From the NCBI GenBank assembly GCA_963833125.1, contig CAWHWX010000019.1:64001-128000 (forward strand): a stretch of 64,000 nt of DNA. The letters are read 5' to 3'. A model generated the notes under the pieces. That model searched no databases. It saw only the letters and a program-made list of their open reading frames with translations, and was not told the DNA's origin. The DNA is from Candidatus Bathyarchaeota archaeon. GTDB lineage: Archaea; Thermoproteota; Bathyarchaeia; 40CM-2-53-6. A program made the position numbers and the translations under genes. Below, one piece after another: positions 41,359 to 50,533 of the stretch. Numbering within the stretch: position 1 is the stretch's first letter; every line of letters starts with the position of its first letter.

Positions 41359-41949
41359 CTGTCACGGACGGTCGTGGTGACCGGTATTCCCGGCGTGGGC
41401 AAAACCACCGTTCTCAGCGAGTTGCAGGACTTAGCGAAGCAAAATCGAGTAAACTTAACAGTCTTGAACTTCGGGACAATAATGAATGAGATAATGCGTG
41501 ATCTTGGCAAGGAAATGAATAGGGACGAGATGAGAGAGCAGGGGATCGACACTCAGCGGAAGGTTCAGGAGCTGGCAGCCAACGAAATATCAAACCGAGC
41601 TGGTCAAGGGACGATTGTAGTCGACACCCACATGTTCGTTAGGACAAACGTAGGCATGTGGGCAGGCCTTCCCCAGAACGTACTTCAGACGCTTGGCCCG
41701 CGACTATTTGTGCTCATCGAGGCTGATCCTGAACAGATTGTGGGGAGACGGAAGATTGACACTGATCGGAAGCGGGAGCAGTCATTGGTTGAGGATATTG
41801 CGTTCGACTTGCAATGGTCGAGGGCTACTGCAGCAGCCTCTGCGGTTGCGACGGGTGCTCCTGTTAAGGTTATAAGAAATGATGCAGGTAAGCAGAAGCA
41901 AGCGGCACAGGAGTTGTTCGAAGCTATCCGTAAATTAGTTGTGGCTTAA
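41359..41949 (+). CDS. adkA: Archaeal adenylate kinase (probable CTG start at 41359)
   Basis: VTGIPGVGKTT, NFGTIM, RDEMR, VDTH, GLP. Confidence 0.93.
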   Translation: MSRTVVVTGIPGVGKTTVLSELQDLAKQNRVNLTVLNFGTIMNEIMRDLGKEMNRDEMREQGIDTQRKVQELAANEISNRAGQGTIVVDTHMFVRTNVGMWAGLPQNVLQTLGPRLFVLIEADPEQIVGRRKIDTDRKREQSLVEDIAFDLQWSRATAAASAVATGAPVKVIRNDAGKQKQAAQELFEAIRKLVVA

Positions 41950-41951
41950 CC

Positions 41952-42665
41952 TTGAACACTTCAACCAGACCAGGAATCATCGTTCTAGCGTTTCTCATCG
42001 CTGTAGCAGTTACATTATTTCTAATGCAGCCCTCCGCGGCTCAACAGACCTCCATTACGAATTCAGGCTCAATTCACGTTTATCAGAGCGCGACGACGAA
42101 CAGCACGACAACGACGAGCACGAACTCAAGCGCTCCATTCGGTTTAGGATTCATTACTACTCCAGTTGTTGCGTGGGTTAAAGGCGCCCTGACACCCTAT
42201 ATCGGTAACCCTCCGCAAATCCCGCTCTCCACCCTGTTTACCATCGGAGTGGCCGCTTGCATGGCCCTAATTTCGTCTACGGCAGCCAAAGTACTAGTGG
42301 ATTACGACATGGTTCGGTCAACTATGAAAGAGGTTCAGGCTTGGCAGAAAGAGTTGAACGCCGCAAAGAAAGCGAAGGACGAGCAGACAACATCAAAGCT
42401 CATGAAGAAAAGCCAAGCAATGATGAAGCAGCAGTCTCGGGCAAGCATGGAGCAAATGAAGGTTACCGCCGTGACGTTCGTTCCTTTTCTTCTGATTTGG
42501 TATTTGCTAAACGCGGTGCTCGGAGCCAATACGGTTGCATTTGCACCGTTCCCTCTCCCGATTATGGGCACTTCCCTCAGGTTCTTTTACTGGTACTTAC
42601 TCTGCTCCTTCTCGGTAAACCTTCCACTGATGAGGATCTTCGGAATCGGAATGAGTGATAGCTAG
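41952..42665 (+). CDS. DUF106 (EMC3/TMCO1/Oxa1-superfamily) membrane protein
   Basis: TM - coiled coil - TM..WYLLCSF layout; canonical position after adk. Confidence 0.88.
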   Translation: MNTSTRPGIIVLAFLIAVAVTLFLMQPSAAQQTSITNSGSIHVYQSATTNSTTTTSTNSSAPFGLGFITTPVVAWVKGALTPYIGNPPQIPLSTLFTIGVAACMALISSTAAKVLVDYDMVRSTMKEVQAWQKELNAAKKAKDEQTTSKLMKKSQAMMKQQSRASMEQMKVTAVTFVPFLLIWYLLNAVLGANTVAFAPFPLPIMGTSLRFFYWYLLCSFSVNLPLMRIFGIGMSDS

Positions 42666-42926
42666 TTGCCAAGACGAGCCCTTCGTAACCGGAACATAAA
42701 GCGGAAGAACGTGAGACTCCCTGGTGGAAGGACTGCAATTCATTATCATAGAGTAGGCCCTGGCCGCGGCGCGTGCGCTTCATGCGGTATGCCACTACGC
42801 GGCACTGAACCAAAATCACTCAGAAGAGGAGCAAGATCCTCAAAACGACCGTCTAGGCCTTTTGGCGGTTCACTCTGCCACGCATGCGTTCGAGAAATGG
42901 TTCGACAAGCAACCAGAGTCGGGTAG
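42666..42926 (+). CDS. rpl34e: 50S ribosomal protein eL34
   Basis: VRLPGGRT..HY, CASCG, KRPSRPFGGSLCHAC. Confidence 0.95.
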   Translation: MPRRALRNRNIKRKNVRLPGGRTAIHYHRVGPGRGACASCGMPLRGTEPKSLRRGARSSKRPSRPFGGSLCHACVREMVRQATRVG

Positions 42927-42933
42927 AACACCA

Positions 42934-43500
42934 TTGCCGGGGCCGGTTATCACGGTGAGTGGCCCCCATGGGACGGGAAAGTCGACTTACGCGAAAGCCT
43001 TGGCTGAAGCGTTATACTTGCGTTATGTTTCTGCCGGCGAATTATTTAGGGATCTTGCGAAACAGCATAAACTCTCTCTAGAAGCCTTTAGCCACCGCGC
43101 CGCAAGTGACTCCAGCATAGATCAGATGTTAGATGAACGAACGAAGGCCGAAGCGAAGAAGGGGGGTGTTGTAATCGATGCTCAGTTGGGGGCGTGGATG
43201 GTGAGGGATCTTGCGGACGTAAAGGTACTATTGACCGCACCTGATGAAATAAGGTTCAAGAGGATCGCAGAACGCGACGGTAGCGACATGGCCAGTGCGA
43301 TGAGAGAAACTGAAAACAGAGAAACTATCCAAAAACAGCGCTACATGAAATATTACGCGATTGACGTAACCGATCTATCCATTTACGACCTTAAGATCGA
43401 CACAAGCCTATACCCCATCGAAAAAACGAAAGCGATTATCCTAGACGCCGTGCGCAATTTCCTCTTGAAAAGAGGGAAGCTGAAAGAGTCCACGCGTTAG
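42934..43500 (+). CDS. cmk: Cytidylate kinase (archaeal)
   Basis: ITVSGPHGTGKST, SAGELFR, RIAERD, RYMKYY.ID..DLSIYDL.IDT. Confidence 0.93.
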   Translation: MPGPVITVSGPHGTGKSTYAKALAEALYLRYVSAGELFRDLAKQHKLSLEAFSHRAASDSSIDQMLDERTKAEAKKGGVVIDAQLGAWMVRDLADVKVLLTAPDEIRFKRIAERDGSDMASAMRETENRETIQKQRYMKYYAIDVTDLSIYDLKIDTSLYPIEKTKAIILDAVRNFLLKRGKLKESTR

Positions 43501-43557
43501 GGTACCCTTATTTATTCCCACGCGTCTACTTCGCTAAATCAATCCGTGTGACAATCT

Positions 43558-43854
43558 ATGCCCGGAATGGAAGTAGGAAGAGTCTGCGTCAAACTCTCAG
43601 GCCGTGAAACAGGCAAGAAATGCGTAGTCGTGGATGTTGTCGACAAGAACTTTGTGCTCGTAACAGGACCAAAATCTGTTAGCGGTGTAAGACGGAGGAG
43701 AACGAACGTCGACCATCTCGAACCAACAGCTGAACTAGTCGAACTCAAGAAAGGCGCCGCGGACGAAGATGTGGAGAAGGCGATTACGAAGGGCAAGAAA
43801 ACGAAATACATGAAGGAAGACGTCATGCCTACGAGGCCGCAGGCAGCGAGCTAA
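43558..43854 (+). CDS. rpl14e: 50S ribosomal protein eL14
   Basis: EVGRVCVKLSGRETGKKCVVVD..FVLVTGP..GVRRRRTN..HLEP. Confidence 0.96.
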   Translation: MPGMEVGRVCVKLSGRETGKKCVVVDVVDKNFVLVTGPKSVSGVRRRRTNVDHLEPTAELVELKKGAADEDVEKAITKGKKTKYMKEDVMPTRPQAAS

Positions 43855-43952
43855 AGACACGAAATTCATACGCCTTGTAGGCCAACGTTCGCCAAAACAA
43901 TTCTCTTCCTTAATAGCGTCAAAACGCTACCTCCTACTGTGAGGTGAATTGT

Positions 43953-44962
43953 TTGCAAGTTGTCACGCCTTGGGCCGTGAGCAGGGAGATGATTACGAAG
44001 GTTGAGGAGACGACGAATGCAACCTATGGCTGCAGGCCCGAAGACAGGCCGATACAGCTCAGGATAAAATACGGCCTCGTAAATCTGGATAAACCCCCAG
44101 GCCCTTCCAGTCATGAAGTGGTGGCTTGGATTAAGCGTATGATGAAGCTTTCACATGCCGGTCACGGCGGAACCCTAGAGACCTCATAGTCGGGGCAATC
44201 CAAAGGTAACCGGCATCCTACCAGTCGCGCTGGAGGAAGCCACGAAAGTCGTTCAAGGTTTCCTCTACTCAGGCAAGGAGTACGTATGCGTAATGCAGGT
44301 GCATGCCGACATACCGGAAAGCACTGTCCGTGATCTTCTGAATGAGTTCGTTGGGGAGATGTGGCAGAAGCCTCCGTTGAGGGCTTCGGTGAAGAGGGAA
44401 CCGCGGAAGCGTTTCATCTACCAGCTTGACGTTTTCGAGATCGATGGAAGGAAGGTTCTCTTCAAATGCTCCTGCCAAGCCGGGACATACATGCGCAAAC
44501 TATGTTCGGACATAGGCGAGGTGCTGGGGTGCGGAGCGCATATGCAGGAGCTAAGGCGAACACGTGCGGGACCCTTCACTGAAGACACATCACTTGTCAC
44601 CTTACACCAGCTTAGCGCGGCTCAAACTGACTTCGAATCGGGTGACGAGCACGCCTTGATGAAAATCATACAACCAATGGAGGTCGGCGCTCACTTCTCT
44701 TCCTAAGGTTGTTATCCGCGACTCTGCAGTCGACTCCGTCTGTCATGGGGCTGACTTGGCGTTGCCAGGTCTTTTGCAATTGGATTCCGCTATTGAACGG
44801 AACCGGCTGGTTGCCATTTTCACTTTGAAGGGTGAGGCCGTGGGCTTGGGACGAGCGCTCCTCACTTCTAGAGAGATGCTGGATCAAGAGAGAGGCGAGG
44901 CGGTAAAGATTGTACGTGTCATTATGGAGCGGGGCACTTACCCTGCTTTGTGGAAACATTAG
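43953..44962 (+). CDS. cbf5: H/ACA pseudouridine synthase Cbf5, split by a 19-nt BHB intron (44179-44197); additional indel near 44690
   Basis: LDKPPGPSSHEV, GHGGTL[D]PKVTGILP after splicing, KEYVC, QKPPLRASVKR, AGTYMRKLC, PUA domain. Confidence 0.95.
44179..44197 (+). other. BHB mRNA intron in cbf5
   Basis: CCCT-AG^A-GAC-ctcata-GTC-GGGG-CA^A; removal restores GAT (Asp) and the reading frame. Confidence 0.92.
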
Positions 44963-45046
44963 GTCGGGAATCGACCTGCGGGGCTTGGTTTTCTATGGCT
45001 CGTTCGTGCATGCTTAAATTTGGCTTGGGGTTTTCAAACGGAAGGA

Positions 45047-45163
45047 GCCGGGGTTCCCTAGCCTGGTAAGGGGCAGATTCATGACGCCTAGGCCTGGAAT
45101 CATGGAACCGTAAGCCTGTGGTCCTTTGGGGCCTCGAGGGTTCAAATCCCTCTCCCGGCGCCA
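45047..45163 (+). tRNA. tRNA-Ser(GGA) with two introns (29/30 at 45077-45091; 37/38 at 45100-45112)
   Basis: GCCGGGG/TCCCGGC acceptor, CAGGC/GCCTG anticodon stem after splicing, loop CT-GGA-AA, long variable arm, GGTTCAAATCC, G73-CCA; BHB helix GGGC/GCCT for intron 1. Confidence 0.88.
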
Positions 45164-45326
45164 TACCTGTCAATACTTTGGATGCTTCTGAAGAGGGACG
45201 AGCTGGGAAATGGCGGAGAACTCGGGGTCTCTGTTAAGTGGATCATTGCTCTCGGCACTGTCGTTGGCGTGGTAGAGTTTCTCTATTTGACCGGCGGAGA
45301 ATTCTGGCTCATGCCCGTTGCTGGGG

Positions 45327-45720
45327 CTACTTCGTTTGCTGGGTTTGGAAAAATTGAAACAGTTCTATGAGGTTTCCGGATGGATCCTGGAGAAGAATCT
45401 GCTTGCCGCCGATGCCCGTAACAGTCTCATTGCGAAACCTGCAACCACCTTTCTTTAGCTTCTCAACGGTTGAGTCAAGATCGTCAACTGAGATTGAGAT
45501 TCGGTTCCAGCCTCCCGGAGATTGTGGTGTCCCGTCGAGCATTGATTGACCGCCGCCACCTCGTGCACTAGGTTTTGTGAGGAATAGCCGAAAATCGCCT
45601 CGTGACAAGATAGCAAACTCGGCTGCTGGGTATCTCCATCTCGAAATCTAGCATCCTCGTGTAGAACTCAATAGCTGCATCTACATCATTCACAATGTAC
45701 CTGACGCTCACCGATCCCAT
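45327..45720 (-). CDS. VOC/glyoxalase family protein (frameshift near 45635)
   Basis: SVRYIVNDVDAAIEFY, PGGWNRI..VDDL, GGKQILLQDPSGNLIELF. Confidence 0.88.
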
Positions 45721-45792
45721 ATTGCAAACCAAGCCCTTTGCATGCCGAACTTAATTCAGTACATATTTCACAGTCACGATGGCAAGCTCGTT

Positions 45793-46618
45793 TCAGTATT
45801 GAATTACTCCTTGCTCCGCCTTTATCGTTATGTTGGAAGTTAGGCCGCCGTCAATAACCAAGACCTGTCCAGTGACATAATCTGCCAGTGGTGAGGCCAG
45901 GAAAAGGGCGCCTCCTGCTATTTCTTCGGGTTTAGCCATGTACCCCAAAGGTATTCGGCTTCTTGAGTTCCTTCATCAACTCTTCGTTGAGATACGGTAC
46001 GGTCATGTCGGTTTCGACCCAACCTGGAGCGATCGAGTTAACGGTTATTTTGTGACTCGCTAGTTCTACGGCCATGCATTTAGTCATCATGATCAGTGAG
46101 GCTTTGCTCGAAGAGTAAGCAACGACGCCCTCCTCCGCCTCCATTCCGTCAACCGATGAGATTACGATGATTCTCCCACCAGAACCCTGTTTGATCATTT
46201 GTTTCGCAATCAGCTGGCTGCAGCTGAAGCAGCCCTTTATGTTTACATCAAAATGTTCCTGAAGATTCGCTTCGTCCATATCCATCAACGAACCCCCCTT
46301 CATTATCGCCGCGTTATTCACGAGCACATCAACCCTTCCGAACTTCTGGAGCGTCGTCTCAAGCATCTTCTCCACTTGAGTTCGGTCACTGACATCCAGC
46401 TGCAGGACGATAGCGTGACCGCCAGCCTTTGTGATCTCATCGGCAAGAGCTTCACACCTCTTGCGACCGTCAGGTCGCCTCATCCTGTCTGCTATGACCA
46501 CGTTACATCCGGAGTGTCCAAAAGCCCTGGCGATCGCTTCTCCGATACCACGAGCTGCGCCCGTTACAATCACTACTTTGCCCTCAAGCCCCAGACCAAA
46601 TTGAGAATTCGAACTCAT
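45793..46618 (-). CDS. SDR-family NAD(P)-dependent oxidoreductase (frameshift near 45960)
   Basis: TGAARGIG, LVNNAA, YSSSK, VNSIAPGWVET; corrected C-terminus YVTGQVLVIDGG. Confidence 0.92.
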
Positions 46619-46803
46619 TCAAACCAACTTCCTGCCTATCCTCAAGACCTCTGGAAATAAGATTTCTTAGGAGTAGCGTTACCCAGAATTGGCGGATCCG
46701 ATTTCTTTGTGAGCATAGATCAGGAACGTTTTGCCGGGGCTCGCAACGCTTAGTCTTAAATACATCTAGAAGGCCACCTGAGCTCTCACACAGGTTGAGA
46801 CTG

Positions 46804-48627
46804 ATGGGTTCTAGATTCCGACTCTTGATTGTGGCTGTTATCGTAAATTCGATCTTGCTGTCAGCAACTTTCATGCCTGCCTACGCGCAGATGATTCAGC
46901 ACGGCGGGACGCTTCACCTCGCGCTGCCGAACACGATTGATAATTTCTCCCAGTTTCTAACCTCTTCCTACCAAGCTTGGTACTTCAATCAGATGGATTA
47001 CCCGGACCCTGGCGTGCCAGTGAGTACGGGACTTATGCATGTTGCAGTGTCGAATTATTGGTCGAATACCCAGGCTACCACTTGGTATTTCATGGTCCGA
47101 CCTGGCATGACATGGTCCGATGGGATACCAGTCAATGCCACAGACTTGGCCTACTCACTCAAGCTTATGTTTTCGACCTTCACTTGGGGTGCTGGCAGCT
47201 TATCACTTTACGCAAGCTATCTGGCGGGCACGGTTGATAGTTCAATTAGACCGGTGAATGCGACCGTCGTCGAGGTTGATCTGAATCAACCATTCGGTAC
47301 ACTCGGCGACATCGTTGGATCTGAGAACACGCCTAATCTTGTGCCCTACCACGTTTGGAAGAACTACATCATGAACGGCACAGCGCCAGGCCCGAACTTC
47401 GGAACGCTTGTCAGCGCAGGCGCATATTATGTCTCGAATTACACGCAGGGTGATTCCCAGATAGTTCTTCTTCCCAACCCATACGGATCTCCGTTCGGTG
47501 GCGACGAGAAAGGCATCCCGTACTTGGACAAAGTGATCGTTCTGCTTGTCCCGACTACGGCGGACTTATCGTTGATGTTGAAGGGCGGCCAGATTGATGC
47601 GGCCCCCGTATCGCCATCTGACGTTGCAGGCCTTACCTCCAATCCCAATTTCAAAGCCACATACGGCCCGACTCCGGACACATGGAACCTCGAATACCCC
47701 GTCTGGAATTATCCGTACAACATGAGCGACTTCCGGAAGGCCATGGCCTATTCGATCAATAAGACTGACCTAGTGCAGACCGCCTTAGCGGGTTACGGCT
47801 CGCCCGGTAACTCAGGATACATTCCGTGGGAGAATGCACCTGAATTCAACTCAAGCGTACCTCAGTACAATTACAACCCTCAAATGGCGCAGCAACTTCT
47901 AGGATCACTACCCGGTTGGACTAAGGGCAGTGACGGATACTGGAAGTTGCCAGATGGAACAACCTTCACACCAACGATTTACGCTCCCGCGGAAGCCCAG
48001 CCAATCGTCACAGCCGGTAACAGGATTGTTCAGTACTTCAGAGCAGTAGGAATTGATGCCCAGGTTCAGTCGATTGCGACCACCTCCATGTCGACGATTT
48101 GGGCTAAAGGGACGAACATGTACTTCCACGAACAGAACTACGGCTACCCGAACTCGGAATTACTCTTCGACTACTCTTTCGACGGTTTCGGCACAGGGCC
48201 CCCTCTGACGCAGCCAGTATTTTGGCCCACTAGCGTCGGAACCGAATACAACAACACATTGAAGCAACTGATCTCTGAAGGAACTGCGACTGGAAGGGCG
48301 CAGCTTATGCAAAACCTACAGGGCATCGTCGCCGAGAACCTACCATCATTAACCCTCTTCTACGTTGACTCAGTCTGGGTGTACAACACCGCGAACTTCG
48401 GCGGATGGCCATCACCCCCGAGCACGATGGATTGGCCGGGCGGAATGTTCAACATGACAGCACTTGCGAGCATATACAGCCTAAGCGCTCAGTCAACAAC
48501 CATGAGCTCCACGTCAAGCACCACCCCATCGGGAGGCGCTGATATGACTCCCTACATCGCCGGCGGGGTAATCGTTGTGATCGCGCTGATCGCTGTTGGG
48601 CTGTATGCGCGAAGAAAACGCGCCTAA
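46804..48627 (+). CDS. ABC transporter substrate-binding protein (family 5, Opp/Dpp-like), C-terminally membrane anchored
   Basis: Signal peptide, TWSDG.PV.A.D, FRKAMAYSINK, S/T linker, TM and RRKRA tail. Confidence 0.9.
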   Translation: MGSRFRLLIVAVIVNSILLSATFMPAYAQMIQHGGTLHLALPNTIDNFSQFLTSSYQAWYFNQMDYPDPGVPVSTGLMHVAVSNYWSNTQATTWYFMVRPGMTWSDGIPVNATDLAYSLKLMFSTFTWGAGSLSLYASYLAGTVDSSIRPVNATVVEVDLNQPFGTLGDIVGSENTPNLVPYHVWKNYIMNGTAPGPNFGTLVSAGAYYVSNYTQGDSQIVLLPNPYGSPFGGDEKGIPYLDKVIVLLVPTTADLSLMLKGGQIDAAPVSPSDVAGLTSNPNFKATYGPTPDTWNLEYPVWNYPYNMSDFRKAMAYSINKTDLVQTALAGYGSPGNSGYIPWENAPEFNSSVPQYNYNPQMAQQLLGSLPGWTKGSDGYWKLPDGTTFTPTIYAPAEAQPIVTAGNRIVQYFRAVGIDAQVQSIATTSMSTIWAKGTNMYFHEQNYGYPNSELLFDYSFDGFGTGPPLTQPVFWPTSVGTEYNNTLKQLISEGTATGRAQLMQNLQGIVAENLPSLTLFYVDSVWVYNTANFGGWPSPPSTMDWPGGMFNMTALASIYSLSAQSTTMSSTSSTTPSGGADMTPYIAGGVIVVIALIAVGLYARRKRA

Positions 48628-48637
48628 GCGAACCTAG

Positions 48638-49631
48638 TTGCGAGTCAGCGGCCAGTACGTGTTACGGCGTACGATCTACGCCGCACTCACACTTTTCGCT
48701 GTAGTCTGCATCAACTTTCTAATTCCTCGCATGATGCCTGGCAGTCCGCTAATCTACTTCGCCAATCCACACATAATTTCATCGCCACAGGCCATGGCGG
48801 CCCTGACCCGAAGGTTCGGGCTGGATCGCCCAGTCTGGGTTCAATTCACATTATATGTCGCAAATACTCTCTCATGGCCGCCGAACTTTGGAATCTCCTA
48901 TCTCTTCTACCCAACTCCAGTTTTCACAACGATAATGCAATACCTTCCGTGGACGCTTTTCCTAGTAGGAGTTTCCACAATAATCACTGCCATCATCGGC
49001 ATCTTACTGGGAGTATGGAGCGGCTCTCGTCCCGGAAGCAAGTTTGACACCGCCACGATGTCAGTCTCCATGTTACTATGGACTATGCCATTTTTCTGGT
49101 TAGGAATAATCCTCTTGTGGATCTTCGCAATTACACTTCACTGGTTTCCCGTCGCCGGAGCGGCTTCAGCGGGCATAACTGCCAGCAACCCCCTCGATTT
49201 CGCGGATTCGGGCGACATCCTGTGGCACGCATTCTTGCCCATGATGACTTTGATTATCGCGTCATATGCGGGGTACTCGCTGATTATGCGAAACACAATG
49301 GTTGGCGAGCTATCGCAGGATTACATCTTAATGGCTCGAGCAAAGGGTCTGCGTGAAAGAGCGATTCTGTTTGGGCACGCGGCTGAAAAACGCGATGCTG
49401 CCCATGATAACCCTGATTGGATTAAATCTGGGGTACGTCGTCAGCGGTGCATTGTTGGTTGAAATAGTCTTCTCCTATCCCGGAGTAGGCTACCTAACCT
49501 ATAGAGCCGTCTTGGCTCACGACTATCCATTGCTTCAAGGCCTCTTCTTTATTCTGTCTCTCACGGTTGTCGCCGCTAACTATCTGGCTGACCTTTTCTA
49601 CGCTTTCCTGGATCCGCGGATAAAGTATTAG
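48638..49631 (+). CDS. ABC transporter permease (DppB/OppB-like; frameshift near 49380)
   Basis: INFLIPRMMPG.P, FGLDRP, QDYILMARAKGL, VEIVFSYPGVG, LDPRIKY. Confidence 0.92.
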
Positions 49632-49645
49632 CGTGAGGTCTGGCC

Positions 49646-50533
49646 ATGCAGCAAGACACGATACAGCAACGACTCCGAGGTCTAACTTCACATTGGCCGT
49701 CGATGCTTTCCGAGGTATTACGTCATCGACGAGCCCAAGTTGGGTTTGGAATAATTGTTTTCTTCACAATCTTGGCTTTAGCCGCGCCCGTCATAGCACC
49801 TTATTCTCCTTACGCCTTCCCGGCCCCCGGTCAGCCTTACGCTCCTCCCAGTCAGCATTTTCTCCTAGGCACAGACTACGTAGGGGAGGATATATTGAGC
49901 GAAATCATTTACGGAGGGAGAGTATCTATCGCGGTGGGTCTGGTCGTAGCCGCCCTTTCTTCGCTGGTCGGGACCGTTGTTGGTGTGATAGCGGGCTATT
50001 ACAAGCAGACGATCGACGAAGTCCTAATGAGAGGAACAGATATCGTTCTCATCCTGCCCTCGTTGCCCCTCATGATCATACTTGCCGCTTATCTGGGTCC
50101 TAGTCTTCAGACCGTCATCATAGTTTTGACCGTTACTTCGTGGCCTGCAGTGGCGAGAGTGGTCCGCTCCCAGACATTATCTCTTCGCGAGCGACCCTTC
50201 ACGGACTCGGCAAGAGTAGTTGGTGCAAGTGACTTCAGAATAATCACAAAACTCATGCTCCCGAACCTAGCAAGCATCATAGCGGCCAACGCAGTTCTCA
50301 TGGTAACCACCGCGATAGTAGGCGAGGCCGCGCTTGACTTCATAGGGTTAGGCGACATTACGGTAGTAAGTTGGGGAACAATGCTTTACTGGGCACAGGC
50401 TTACGCTCTCTTCAATGGCGCTTGGTGGTGGGTTATCGCGCCAGGTCTATGCATAATCTTAGTAGGACTTGCGTTCGTCCTCATCAGCGTTTCAATTGAA
50501 GATGTTTTCAACCCGAAGTTGAGAAGCCTTTGA
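49646..50533 (+). CDS. ABC transporter permease (DppC/OppC-like)
   Basis: PPSQHFLLGTD..GEDILS, ARVVRSQTLSLRERPF, SWGTML, FNPKLR. Confidence 0.93.
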   Translation: MQQDTIQQRLRGLTSHWPSMLSEVLRHRRAQVGFGIIVFFTILALAAPVIAPYSPYAFPAPGQPYAPPSQHFLLGTDYVGEDILSEIIYGGRVSIAVGLVVAALSSLVGTVVGVIAGYYKQTIDEVLMRGTDIVLILPSLPLMIILAAYLGPSLQTVIIVLTVTSWPAVARVVRSQTLSLRERPFTDSARVVGASDFRIITKLMLPNLASIIAANAVLMVTTAIVGEAALDFIGLGDITVVSWGTMLYWAQAYALFNGAWWWVIAPGLCIILVGLAFVLISVSIEDVFNPKLRSL

